A DNA stretch of 64,000 nucleotides from a virus. Its lineage: Duplodnaviria > Heunggongvirae > Uroviricota > Caudoviricetes. The translations under genes were made by a program, and so were the position numbers. The notes beneath the pieces were generated by a model that was not told where the DNA came from, did not search any database, and saw nothing but the letters and a program-made list of their open reading frames with translations. Of this stretch, positions 48,452 through 58,355 are shown piece after piece. How positions within the stretch are numbered: the first letter of the stretch is position 1; every line of letters begins with the position of its first letter. Location of the stretch: the IMG/VR virus record IMGVR_UViG_3300042482_001246; one strand, given 5' to 3'.

Positions 48452-49261
48452 TTATAGATAATCAAAAAGTTCACTAGACTCATTACGCAACTTACGTAAA
48501 GCCTTCTCTTTAATTTGTCTAACACGTTCCTTAGTTAATTGGAAGTCATTACCAATATCTTCAAGTGTACGGGTATTTCCTGACAATCCGTAGTAATCTT
48601 CAATGATAATTTTTTCACGGTCATCTAAAACTTCTAAGATACCTTTCAACTTGTCTTTAAGGATGTCTTTTGTATGAAATCCGGAGTCAGGTGCCAAAGC
48701 ATCAGGATTACTCAAAACATCCAACAAAGTATCACCATCTTCATTGAGGGGATTATCATAATTAACCGTATAAGGAAGGGTTACAAACTTTTCGGGTAAC
48801 TCAACCCCACTCTTCTCAAGTTCTTTTTTAGCCTTTTGAAGTTCTTGAACAACATTCACAGGAAGACGAATAGTTCTCGCATTCTCGTTAAGTGATTGTA
48901 GGATTGATTGTCTTACCCACCAAACCGCATATGAAATAAACCTTAGCTGTTTGGACCAATCGAAATTTTCAACAGCTTTAAGTAATCCAAGATTACCTTC
49001 AGCAATTAGGTCACAAAGTTCTAATCCTTGATTTTGGTATTGTTTGGCAACAGTAATTACAAATCGGAGATTACCTGTTAACAATTCTTGTTCAATTTGA
49101 CGTTTCTCTGTTAACGTCAAATCATCCGATAACATTCTCTGAGCGAGTTGTTTTTCTCTATCAGGTGTCATAACTTTTATCTTACGAATATCTTTAAGAT
49201 AAGTTGCAATCTCTTCTTGATTAATAGGGATACTTAAATTTTTGTCTTTCATATGTCTCAC
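48452..49261 (-). CDS. sigma-70 family RNA polymerase sigma factor
   Basis: Region 2 RFVITVAKQYQNQGLELCDLIAEGNLGLLKAVENFDWSKQLRFISYAVWWVRQSI, and region 4 HTH TLEDIGNDFQLTKERVRQIKEKALRKLR. Confidence 0.85.
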   Translation of the reverse strand: MRHMKDKNLSIPINQEEIATYLKDIRKIKVMTPDREKQLAQRMLSDDLTLTEKRQIEQELLTGNLRFVITVAKQYQNQGLELCDLIAEGNLGLLKAVENFDWSKQLRFISYAVWWVRQSILQSLNENARTIRLPVNVVQELQKAKKELEKSGVELPEKFVTLPYTVNYDNPLNEDGDTLLDVLSNPDALAPDSGFHTKDILKDKLKGILEVLDDREKIIIEDYYGLSGNTRTLEDIGNDFQLTKERVRQIKEKALRKLRNESSELFDYL

Positions 49262-49800
49262 TTAATGTAGGTTTTTAAAATTTGTTGTTCTTCTTCTGTT
49301 AGTGTTTCAAGTCCTTGGTCGTATATTTTTTCTAAAAGGTCGTCTAATGTAGGTATCTTGATTTTGTTTTTTGAGCGACGAATGATATCAATAATGTCGT
49401 CTTCATCATCATCGTCATCTTCATTTTCAAGAAATTCTAATATTGAAAACCCTTCCGTTCCATTCTTAACATTCGTCATATTAACAGATGACAAATTTAG
49501 TTCCGAATTTGGATTATCGATGTTAAAAAACCACTTTTCGTCATCATCAGGTAAAAAGACTGACATATTGTCAGTTTCACTGACAAAAATTCCATATATG
49601 TTACCGTAAAAAGCATCGTGAACATATGATTTAATCTCATCTTTAGTCATTTCACTCTTGAAATGAAAAAAAAACAAACCTGAATTGTAAAGATAAGAAA
49701 AATTTTCAGACCCAACGACTGGTGATACCACCATAATAATATCGTTTTTGTGTTTGTCGTTAAAGTCCTTAAAAGAGATAATTAAGTTGTACTTTGTCAT
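49258..49800 (-). CDS. hypothetical protein with poly-Asp/Glu patch, translationally coupled to the sigma factor
   Basis: 180 aa with ENEDDDDDEDD. Its stop overlaps the sigma-factor start (ATGA). Confidence 0.5.
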   Translation of the reverse strand: MTKYNLIISFKDFNDKHKNDIIMVVSPVVGSENFSYLYNSGLFFFHFKSEMTKDEIKSYVHDAFYGNIYGIFVSETDNMSVFLPDDDEKWFFNIDNPNSELNLSSVNMTNVKNGTEGFSILEFLENEDDDDDEDDIIDIIRRSKNKIKIPTLDDLLEKIYDQGLETLTEEEQQILKTYIK

Positions 49801-49849
49801 AGATTAAAATTATAATGCTAAGATACAACTTAATTTCTAAATAACCAAC

Positions 49850-52222
49850 CTATTGTATAACATTTGATACGTTATCATCCTTTTTAATCTTAACGATATT
49901 GTCAGCCCAGTTGGACACTAAAGGATTGTGTGTGATAACAAATATCTTTTCAAAGTAATCTTTAATCTTAGAAAAGAACTCACCAACTAATTCCAGATTC
50001 TCATTGGAGATTTTACCGAATACCTCATCCCAAACAATAACATTTGGTTTTGGTAGTGAACATATCTTACTTAAGACTGAACGAAGTGCCATACTTGCAA
50101 TTGTTCTCTCATACCCTGAACCAGAAGCCATAAGTTTTTCAACTCCAGTAGAATTATCAATCATAATGAACTCAACCTCATTCTTATCATTAATTCTAAT
50201 TTCAAGGTTGAAATAACAAGAGTCTTGTAAAAGTCTTTGTAATTCTTGGTTGATGACAGGCATCATAGTCTTCATAATAATTTTAGAAATACCATTCTTA
50301 CCATACAACTCCAAATACAATTTATAGACCTTTTCACGTTCAAACTCTTGTCCAATTTTAGTAATCAAATCTGTATTCTTACTAATTTTATCTTCAAAGT
50401 TTTGAATTTGATTCGCGTTTTGTACTTGTTGTCTCTCAAATCCTCTTTTTTGATTTATAAGTTCATCAATACGAAGTTGTGCCTTTAAAATCTGAGCTTC
50501 AAGTTCCTGGTTCTTTTTAATTTTTTCTTGAGACTCCTCATATCTTCTTAGTTTGTCCTTAACTCTTTCAAGTTTCAACTTTGTTGCCTCGAGAGAAACC
50601 TCATACTTTTCACGAATAAGTTTATTCTTCTCATATTCGTCAAACTCTTTTTTAAGTTGTGTGAATCCTTGTTCTTTGACGGTTAAATCCTGCATTAACT
50701 TCAATTTCTCGTCTTTTTGCACGATAAATCCGTCAAGCTCGGCGATTTTTGCCTGTGTAATTGCAGCGTTCATTAATTCAATCCCACAGTGCTCACACTT
50801 TATGCCACCTGAAACCTCAGACTTTAATTTCTCCAACCCTTCAATTTGAATCTCAATCTGAGCAATTTGAATATTAACGTCACTAATCTCACGTCTAACC
50901 ACATCGTGTTTATCCTCGTGATAATATTGAGTCGGTTCTTTAACAACAACTGACTTTATTTGTTGTTCTATTTTTTCACATTCACCCTCAACATTTGATA
51001 TCTCACTTTTAAGTGATAGTGGGTTTAATGATAACAATTCTTGGTCAATGTCACTAAATTTGGCATTTAATAAACCATCTTTATATTCTTGACCTCTTGA
51101 TAAACGGTCACTAACATCTTTTAACTCTTTCTCAAGATTTTCATCACTTTGTTTAACAGTTATAATTTGTTCCTGTGATGTGGTAATCTCTTGCTTTAAA
51201 GTCTCTGAATTGTAAACGTTAGACAACATACCTTTTGAAAATTCACTGTAAATCTCCTTGGCAGCTTCTTCTTTTCTTTTTAGAAACTCAAGTCCCATAA
51301 ATCTTGATAACACTTGTCCACGAGCAGTTGGTTTGGAATCAATAAGTTCTTCAAGATTACTAGAGGTTGTTAAAATTGTCATCAAGAAATCATCCATTTC
51401 ACCAATAGAATTTTTGATAAACTTTTCAGTCTCTCTACGTTGTTCACCAGTAAAATTTTGATAACTACCATCAGGTAATTTTTTCAAGAAGTCCAATTCT
51501 GTTTTAACATTCCAATCACCAGACTTTGCTTTTTTTCTTTCAATGTTACGACTAACAATGTATTCATCACCGTCAATAACAATTTCACCTCTTACAGAAA
51601 CTTTATTAGAATCTCGGAACCTGTTAAAGATTTCTTCAGCCTTTTGAGTTTTGGATGTTGTGTTGAAAAACAAAAACATCAATAAATCTACAGTTAATAC
51701 TGTCTTACCACCAAAGTTTGGTGGGTCTGATTCCACAACCGTAATACCATTACATTTTTCAAAATCCAAAACTTGATTGTCCCCATAACTTAGAAAGTTT
51801 GAAAAATGTATTTTCTTAATGAACCATTTTTTGAATGGTGTTAGTTCAACATCTTCAACCAACAATTTATTATCAACCGCACCATCAATAGAAATTATTG
51901 AGTCATACAAATCCATAGAACCTTTAGACTCCAACATACTTTTAATAAGTTCTCGTTGGTAGTTCTTATCCATAATATTGAAAGACACGTCAACTGTTTG
52001 AGTAACTTCTTCAGATTGTTTACTCTTTGTAATAACGTTAACGTTGGTTGTGTTATACTTTTTAGTGAAGTATTGTTTAACACTTTTAATTCTTTCTTGA
52101 GTAAAGTTCTCGGGCGTATCTTCCCATATAACTTGTACGTATGGATTTTCGTATTCTTCTATTTTAATTTTTTTAGGCATATTTTTGTAATCAAATAATT
52201 TTGGTGGGTTGAATAAGTCCAT
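49850..52222 (-). CDS. sbcC: SbcC/Rad50-like recombination ATPase (T4 gp46-like)
   Basis: N-terminal P-loop NFGGKTV, long coiled-coil middle, C-terminal signature/Walker B/H-loop (SGSGYERTIASMAL, VIVWDEVFG, FVITHNP). Confidence 0.75.
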   Translation of the reverse strand: MDLFNPPKLFDYKNMPKKIKIEEYENPYVQVIWEDTPENFTQERIKSVKQYFTKKYNTTNVNVITKSKQSEEVTQTVDVSFNIMDKNYQRELIKSMLESKGSMDLYDSIISIDGAVDNKLLVEDVELTPFKKWFIKKIHFSNFLSYGDNQVLDFEKCNGITVVESDPPNFGGKTVLTVDLLMFLFFNTTSKTQKAEEIFNRFRDSNKVSVRGEIVIDGDEYIVSRNIERKKAKSGDWNVKTELDFLKKLPDGSYQNFTGEQRRETEKFIKNSIGEMDDFLMTILTTSSNLEELIDSKPTARGQVLSRFMGLEFLKRKEEAAKEIYSEFSKGMLSNVYNSETLKQEITTSQEQIITVKQSDENLEKELKDVSDRLSRGQEYKDGLLNAKFSDIDQELLSLNPLSLKSEISNVEGECEKIEQQIKSVVVKEPTQYYHEDKHDVVRREISDVNIQIAQIEIQIEGLEKLKSEVSGGIKCEHCGIELMNAAITQAKIAELDGFIVQKDEKLKLMQDLTVKEQGFTQLKKEFDEYEKNKLIREKYEVSLEATKLKLERVKDKLRRYEESQEKIKKNQELEAQILKAQLRIDELINQKRGFERQQVQNANQIQNFEDKISKNTDLITKIGQEFEREKVYKLYLELYGKNGISKIIMKTMMPVINQELQRLLQDSCYFNLEIRINDKNEVEFIMIDNSTGVEKLMASGSGYERTIASMALRSVLSKICSLPKPNVIVWDEVFGKISNENLELVGEFFSKIKDYFEKIFVITHNPLVSNWADNIVKIKKDDNVSNVIQ

Positions 52223-52428
52223 TATCCTTGAATTCCGCTGAATCCTGTGGTTCCGCTATTTTGTACGTCACCTTCTTGTTCTTGTTGTTTAAGAGCGTTT
52301 TCTCTCAAGTCAGCTAAATACTTTTGCATTTGCTCGTTCATCATTTTTTGATAAGCGTTCTGAGCCGCTTTAATTTGTTGGTTGCGAGCAGCAACCTTTT
52401 TACGATGTTCTTTTGCTTTTTTTCCCAT
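52222..52428 (-). CDS. small basic coiled-coil protein
   Basis: 68 aa. Confidence 0.4.
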   Translation of the reverse strand: MGKKAKEHRKKVAARNQQIKAAQNAYQKMMNEQMQKYLADLRENALKQQEQEGDVQNSGTTGFSGIQG

Positions 52429-52433
52429 TTTAA

Positions 52434-52769
52434 TTAATTTCTGTGTTCAAACCATTCTACAATGGAGTTAATTGCCCAAACACCACCTGAAGCTAATAGT
52501 CCATCAAAGAACCAAGAGATTTTAATTGGTGTCATAAAAAAGGCGTTAATTGGAGAGAAGATAGTCAATCCCAAGAAGAATCCCACCCAAGTGCTAGTAC
52601 ACATCATACAAGCAATCAAACCTGACAAGAATTTCCCAATGAATTGGAACGGAGCATAATCATTACCTCCCCATTTATGAATTCCTTCACGCAAACCGCT
52701 GAAGATACTTCCGAAAACTAAAATTTGACTAAATCCATAAGCCAAAAGTAACCAAGTTAATAACAACAT
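52434..52769 (-). CDS. small multi-TM membrane protein
   Basis: 111 aa with three hydrophobic helices. Confidence 0.5.
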   Translation of the reverse strand: MLLLTWLLLAYGFSQILVFGSIFSGLREGIHKWGGNDYAPFQFIGKFLSGLIACMMCTSTWVGFFLGLTIFSPINAFFMTPIKISWFFDGLLASGGVWAINSIVEWFEHRN

Positions 52770-52776
52770 ATTTTTT

Positions 52777-53670
52777 TTATTTATAAAGTTTATCGTCTAA
52801 ATTAGAACCTCTTAAATATAACGCTTTTTTTTCATCTTGTAACCTCATAAGTTCAGAAATCTTACTTTCAAGTTCAACTATTTTAGAATCTTTATCCAAA
52901 ATATTTTGTCTTAATTTTACAAGAGTATCTTGTAGTTTCTTACTATTATCGTTATCAGACTGTTTTTCAATGTAAACTTCTTTTACAATTTCAACTGGTG
53001 GTTTGTCTAAAACTTCGTCTAAACTACGTCTAAGTTCATCTAGTTCTTCATCCTTTTTAGACATTTTATCGTGGAAAATATTTTCCATTTCTGTCGTTTT
53101 AGTGGAAAATATTTGTAGTTTACCCTCAGTTTCTGTTAGTTTAGTGGAAAATTTTTGTTTTTCAGTTTCCAACTGTTGTATTTTTAACAACAGTTCAGTT
53201 CTCTCAATATCCAACTTTTCAATTTTACCACCAAGTTCCTTCACCTGTTCGTCATCGGTTATGTAAACTTCTTTTTCAACTACTCTGTCTACAGGTACCT
53301 CTTTGACAACTTCTTTGATAACAACTTTTTCAACAGGGATTTCCCTGATAACTTCCACAGGAACTTCCACAGTAACTTCCACAGGAACTTCCACAGTAAC
53401 TTCCACAGGAACTTCCTTGATGACCTCAATTTCCTTGATTACTTCAACCTCTTTAATGACTTCAACGGGAATTTCCACCCGTTTTTCTCGGATTACCTCC
53501 TTTTCCACCCATTTTTCTTGTTCTCCACCCATTTTACCCAAAAGACCATATCTCTGAATATCAAACCCCTGTTTGAAGCTATCTTGCACAAACTTGTTGA
53601 TATCTGTGATTCCATTCATCATACAGAAATCGTAAATCTCTTTGGTATTTTTAAGTTGGACTGAATACAT
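52777..53670 (-). CDS. repeat-containing coiled-coil protein (PEVK-like VEVPVEVT repeats)
   Basis: Protein repeats are encoded by perfect tandem 24-nt DNA repeats. Confidence 0.55.
   Translation of the reverse strand: MYSVQLKNTKEIYDFCMMNGITDINKFVQDSFKQGFDIQRYGLLGKMGGEQEKWVEKEVIREKRVEIPVEVIKEVEVIKEIEVIKEVPVEVTVEVPVEVTVEVPVEVIREIPVEKVVIKEVVKEVPVDRVVEKEVYITDDEQVKELGGKIEKLDIERTELLLKIQQLETEKQKFSTKLTETEGKLQIFSTKTTEMENIFHDKMSKKDEELDELRRSLDEVLDKPPVEIVKEVYIEKQSDNDNSKKLQDTLVKLRQNILDKDSKIVELESKISELMRLQDEKKALYLRGSNLDDKLYK
53330..53415. repeat. perfect tandem repeat acttccacaggaacttccacagta x3 or more
   Basis: Read directly from the sequence at 53337-53410. Confidence 0.85.
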
Positions 53671-54452
53671 TACCCTGCGTTTACCAATCTTTCAGACCCT
53701 TCAACAAGGTCATCATAAGAACTAATTTTAAATGCCAAAAATGGTTTAGGATTTGGTAGGTCAATAAACGTATATTCATCTTTTTTAACCTCGTAGACAC
53801 CATATCCGTGTTTAGTTAATGTCTCACCAAAGTTTTGTTGAATCGTAGACCCTACCATATAAGCCTTCTTTTTACCAGGAATATCAAACACTTGTCTTTT
53901 ATGGATATCACCACAAAGAACTAGGTCACACCCTTTGAATTTAGAAGAGTCGAACCCATCTTCAAACTTGTATCCAATATCTGTAGATAAACCAACTACA
54001 GGTCCGTGGAACAACCCAATCTTAACCCTATCACTCTTTTCAATGTCAGGCGGGATGTTATGGTCCATCAATGAATATACCACCCAATCAATGTTTTCAT
54101 CTTCATACACACCCCTGTTTTTATAATAAACAATTTCAGGATTATTCAATGAATCGATAATAGGTGTCAGAGCGTCTAATCTTGACTGGTTGTTTTCAAG
54201 GAAGTCGTGGTTACCGATTATCAAAACTGTTTTAGCAATTTTAGAACACTCGGTAAGTGTCCAAGCAACCATATCAATAAGCTCAGGTGTCATTTGGTTC
54301 TTAGAATGCACCAAATCACCCGTAAAGACAATCCTGTCAGGATTCAATGCTCTCCACTCATCAAATGCTTTTGCCAGAATGGATTTATACAATTCGTGGT
54401 CTTTAAACAAACGAATATGTAAATCAGAAAAGTGAATTAATCTGTTTATCAT
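53670..54452 (-). CDS. sbcD: SbcD/Mre11-like nuclease (T4 gp47-like)
   Basis: Calcineurin-like motifs FSDLHI, TGDLVH, IGNHDF, FHGPV and CGDIH, in phosphoesterase order. Confidence 0.75.
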   Translation of the reverse strand: MINRLIHFSDLHIRLFKDHELYKSILAKAFDEWRALNPDRIVFTGDLVHSKNQMTPELIDMVAWTLTECSKIAKTVLIIGNHDFLENNQSRLDALTPIIDSLNNPEIVYYKNRGVYEDENIDWVVYSLMDHNIPPDIEKSDRVKIGLFHGPVVGLSTDIGYKFEDGFDSSKFKGCDLVLCGDIHKRQVFDIPGKKKAYMVGSTIQQNFGETLTKHGYGVYEVKKDEYTFIDLPNPKPFLAFKISSYDDLVEGSERLVNAG

Positions 54453-54658
54453 TCTGGCATTGCAAATTCAGGATTTATATGTCCACAAGCATCACACTTG
54501 TAGATTGGGAAGGGTACGATAGAATCGTTTGCCGAACCTGTAAGTAGTTTACTCACTTTCTTGAAAGAGAGGACTTCTTGGAAGGTTTCATTTTCGCAGG
54601 CATCACATTTAATTGTTTCTGCGTCTTTAAGACTAATTTGTGGTCGTAAATCGTTCAT
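54449..54658 (-). CDS. zinc-ribbon small protein
   Basis: CDAC...(37 aa)...CDAC. Its stop overlaps the sbcD start. Confidence 0.5.
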   Translation of the reverse strand: MNDLRPQISLKDAETIKCDACENETFQEVLSFKKVSKLLTGSANDSIVPFPIYKCDACGHINPEFAMPE

Positions 54659-54659
54659 A

Positions 54660-55532
54660 TTATTTGTTTAATTGTAAATTTAGTTTAGTTATTAAGTTAC
54701 TCAAGGATTCATTAGCCATTCTAACAAGGTCTGAGTCCAATTCTTGTCCAGCAGCAATTGCAATGTTTTTTTGGATACTACTTAAGTCAATATTTTTGAT
54801 TGTGTTAACCATCTTGTTAATGTCTTGTTTTGCTCTTCTTTTTCTGAACTCTTTAGCACATTCAACACGGTAAAGAGTTATACAGGTCATCACATCATCC
54901 CATTCCCATCCATTTGATACTAGCGTTGAATCATTAACAGTTATGTCTGAAGGGTTGTAAATACTCACTTCACCACCCATAGGATTAGAAGTTTCCTCAT
55001 TGAATAATGCAAATTTAGAATAGTTTCCTGAAACTTCTTTTTTAGAAATTACATACACTAAAAAACCATTTTTCACGTAACGATTAAATGTTGATTCATT
55101 GGTTTTAGATGCCGTACACCATCTTGTTGCCGCACCATACTTAAGGGAACCTTTGTGAGTTAAAGGTTGTAACATAAGTAAATTTTCATTCTCCCAAAGA
55201 ACTCTAATATGAGCATCTCGGTCAAATGTTTTTTCTTCGTGTTTTAAAATGGCGTCTTCAACAGTTTTTTTCAATGTATCAAAATTTTGGTACATTGGAT
55301 TGTAAATGTCCTTAACCTCTATGTAATTTTGATACAACTCAAAACTTCTAACTAAATTAATTAGTGTTTCTGATGTAAAGTTTTTACCAATTTTTTTCTT
55401 ATTAGCCCATACTTTTAAAAGAAATGGTAAATATTTGTGTGTGCTGGTATTATCCGCAGCACGAAATTTATTAAAAATACCAGCACTTACGTTACTACTA
55501 TAAGTCTTCCACAATTCATCTACTTTCGACAT
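54660..55532 (-). CDS. hypothetical protein
   Basis: 290 aa. Confidence 0.55.
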   Translation of the reverse strand: MSKVDELWKTYSSNVSAGIFNKFRAADNTSTHKYLPFLLKVWANKKKIGKNFTSETLINLVRSFELYQNYIEVKDIYNPMYQNFDTLKKTVEDAILKHEEKTFDRDAHIRVLWENENLLMLQPLTHKGSLKYGAATRWCTASKTNESTFNRYVKNGFLVYVISKKEVSGNYSKFALFNEETSNPMGGEVSIYNPSDITVNDSTLVSNGWEWDDVMTCITLYRVECAKEFRKRRAKQDINKMVNTIKNIDLSSIQKNIAIAAGQELDSDLVRMANESLSNLITKLNLQLNK

Positions 55533-55578
55533 AATAATATTTTTTTCAAAGATAAGAATTAAACCTTAGTATGACAAA

Positions 55579-56439
55579 CTATCCAAGGATATTTTTCATA
55601 TCCATATTAAGAACTGTATTGATAACATCTTTAGGGACACGGTATTCTTGGTAATCCCCATCATCTTTGAGTAATACCACAATACTACCCAACAACTTCA
55701 TATCACCATACTTTGTACCTTCCAACATCTTTAACAATAGTTTACCGTAGAAAGGTAACTGAAGATAGTAGTGTCCCAAAGCATTATTAGGATATAAGTC
55801 AAATGGATGATACATTGTCTTGGTAAACTTATTGGTTTCAAAATTCTTCTGTTTATTTGTTTTCCAATCAGTAACCAAGAAACCAATTTCAGTGCCAGTC
55901 GCATTAAGTGTTAACCATACTTTGTCACCTTGTCCTGTATAACCAAGTTCAGGATGACCCAAGACAACTTCAGTATCCAATAATACCAATCCTCTGTCGT
56001 CACATAAATCCAAATATTTGTGACCAGCACGAATCATACTTTCACTTCTAGCTTCAGAAAAAATATCACACTCAAAGACAGGTTGTCTAACTTCTTTGGT
56101 AAGTCCAAAACGAGACAAAGCCTCAACTTCCAAATGATAGTGTGTTCTACTACCCAAGTTAGTGGATTCGTCTGCCAACATCTTCCACTCTTCTTTTAAT
56201 CTTTCGGCTTCTTTATAATCACCTTTCGCCTTCTTAAGTGCCGCCTCTTCTGTCGGGAACTCCTCGTAAAAGTTTTTCAGAAGTTTTGATACCGATGGGA
56301 AATCAGAACGTAATTCCCCATCAAGACCTTTCATATTATATTTGTGATTATCCTCAAAAAACTCAAGTCCAAATTCTTTTCTTTTATCGTCCAAAATTTG
56401 ACGAATTTCTTCAGCAGCAATTTTTAAATCTAACATCAT
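55579..56439 (-). CDS. putative PD-(D/E)XK-family nuclease
   Basis: LLDTEVVLGHPELGYTGQGDKV followed by FLVTDWKTNKQ resembles D...(D/E)xK motifs. Placement between primase and recombination genes supports the call. Confidence 0.4.
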   Translation of the reverse strand: MMLDLKIAAEEIRQILDDKRKEFGLEFFEDNHKYNMKGLDGELRSDFPSVSKLLKNFYEEFPTEEAALKKAKGDYKEAERLKEEWKMLADESTNLGSRTHYHLEVEALSRFGLTKEVRQPVFECDIFSEARSESMIRAGHKYLDLCDDRGLVLLDTEVVLGHPELGYTGQGDKVWLTLNATGTEIGFLVTDWKTNKQKNFETNKFTKTMYHPFDLYPNNALGHYYLQLPFYGKLLLKMLEGTKYGDMKLLGSIVVLLKDDGDYQEYRVPKDVINTVLNMDMKNILG

Positions 56440-57354
56440 CTATTTTATTTCGTAATAATACTCGTCAATTTTACCCCCCAAGTCACATACGTCCTTGTCT
56501 TTAGGTAATTTCAAAATTTTAATTTTATCATATAACACACCACCATTTAAAGTGTGATATAGTTTAAGTGCGTTACTCCAAGCGTCACCATCCAAACATA
56601 TGTGAATATAACCCTGAACATTATTGTATAGTTTTTCAAACAACAAATTTGAAAGGTGTTTACCTAACATTGGGATTGGATTTGGTAGGAAGAACGCGTC
56701 AAACACACCTTCACATAGATACACATCTTTGGTCCAATCAATCCTACTTTCGTTGAAGATTATTTCATCTTTTGGTACCGCAGGGTTTTTATACTTCATC
56801 TTTTTATTTGCCCAAGCTCGTCCAACAAAATAATTCAACTGACCGTTCATATCAAATGAGGGAACAATAATACGATATGCGTAATCACCGCTTACGGTAT
56901 AACCAATATCATACTTATCAATCATCTCATCAGTAATACCACGGGAGTGTAAGTAATTTAATGCTTCTCTGTGTGGAATAAATCTTGAGTTAGAGTCTTT
57001 GAATTTAACAAACCCCTCAGGTAAACGTAACTTAACTTTTGGTTTTTCATCCTCCCCTTCTTTTTTTGGTCTGATTAACTCAAAAATCTGTTTTTGTTTT
57101 TTGGTTGCGAACTGGTCAAATAGTTTACCCAACGCTCCTTGAGTTCCATAGGTTTCGGAACAAGCCCAACATTTGTATACACCTATGTTATAGTTAATTT
57201 CTAAGTTACCTTTACCATCTCCCTTGTCTAACCCTTTCTCCATAGAGCAAACGGGACAGTCGAAAGATATTTGACCTTTCGACTCGTAATGAAGTTTCTC
57301 CTTTCCTAAGAAATCTTTAAGTAACTCAACTATAACTTCAGATTCTTCACTCAT
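56440..57354 (-). CDS. DNA primase (zinc-binding domain plus TOPRIM)
   Basis: CPVCS...CWACS zinc ribbon, then TOPRIM YLCEGVFDAFF and ICLDGDAWS. Confidence 0.7.
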   Translation of the reverse strand: MSEESEVIVELLKDFLGKEKLHYESKGQISFDCPVCSMEKGLDKGDGKGNLEINYNIGVYKCWACSETYGTQGALGKLFDQFATKKQKQIFELIRPKKEGEDEKPKVKLRLPEGFVKFKDSNSRFIPHREALNYLHSRGITDEMIDKYDIGYTVSGDYAYRIIVPSFDMNGQLNYFVGRAWANKKMKYKNPAVPKDEIIFNESRIDWTKDVYLCEGVFDAFFLPNPIPMLGKHLSNLLFEKLYNNVQGYIHICLDGDAWSNALKLYHTLNGGVLYDKIKILKLPKDKDVCDLGGKIDEYYYEIK

Positions 57355-57358
57355 TTTA

Positions 57359-57742
57359 TCAGTTTAATTTGAGTTTCCACTCTACTTTTTTTATGATGAA
57401 ACTCCACTGGTTTATCCCAAATAACTCAATGTCCTTTCTTATTGCGTATTCCGCACATCTTCTAATCATTTTATTGAGTTTAACTTTAGAAATGTTGTGT
57501 GTAACTAAAATCTCAGACGTTAACCATTCAGAGTATCTGTTGTCAAGTCTGGCAAAGATTACTCCGTCGAAGATGATATCGATTTCATACACGTGAGGTC
57601 CGCCCTCATTGTATTTACGGACTTTTTTAACCTTTAAGGAACCATTGATTTTGTCATAGACACTGAAAGGATATGATGCCATAACCTTGTTCAAGTAAGA
57701 AATGTGAGTGTCTTTGACCATTTTCATAGTACAAAGATACAC
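57359..57742 (-). CDS. hypothetical protein
   Basis: 127 aa. Confidence 0.5.
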   Translation of the reverse strand: MYLCTMKMVKDTHISYLNKVMASYPFSVYDKINGSLKVKKVRKYNEGGPHVYEIDIIFDGVIFARLDNRYSEWLTSEILVTHNISKVKLNKMIRRCAEYAIRKDIELFGINQWSFIIKKVEWKLKLN

Positions 57743-57754
57743 ATATTTTTTAAA

Positions 57755-58354
57755 TTACCAAAATTTTTCTTGTTTCATAAATCCTAACACACAAGTATAT
57801 GAGTCACTCATATCAAAGTTTTCCTTTTTAAGTGTGTTGTTTCTGGTGTATAACCAAGTGATTTGAGGTTCTCGTTTGGCAACCATATCCCAAATGACTT
57901 CTTTCTTATCAATCGTTTTTGGGTACCCCCCAAATAATACAAACTTACCCTTATCATTCTTTTGTACCAATTCAGGGAATGCACATTTACGAGCATTATA
58001 AGTAGATATCAACTCAGGTACAATACCAAACACATCATATACATCTTTACAGATAAGTGTGTTGTATCTCATAAGAGTTCCAACAGTGTAAACGTTATTT
58101 GAGTTTAATAGTGGTTCTTCAATAATGACTTTGGTGATACCAAGATTTTGATACTCCATAAGTTTTTCTTTAAAAATTATACTTTTGGTAATCAACTCTT
58201 CAATCTTATTTTCAGATTTTGGTTTTGGTTGAGGGGATAAGTGAGTAAGTTCTAATAGTTGTTGAGTTTGGATATCGAACAATGCGAATCCAATAGTTTT
58301 CGTACTAACATCTAAACCTAATACTTTAGGAGAATTTTTTTGAAGTTTTGCCAT
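57755..58354 (-). CDS. RuvC-like Holliday junction resolvase
   Basis: N-terminus KVLGLDVSTKTIGFALFD resembles the RuvC/RNase-H-fold first acidic motif. Size 199 aa. Confidence 0.45.
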   Translation of the reverse strand: MAKLQKNSPKVLGLDVSTKTIGFALFDIQTQQLLELTHLSPQPKPKSENKIEELITKSIIFKEKLMEYQNLGITKVIIEEPLLNSNNVYTVGTLMRYNTLICKDVYDVFGIVPELISTYNARKCAFPELVQKNDKGKFVLFGGYPKTIDKKEVIWDMVAKREPQITWLYTRNNTLKKENFDMSDSYTCVLGFMKQEKFW

Positions 58355-58355
58355 A

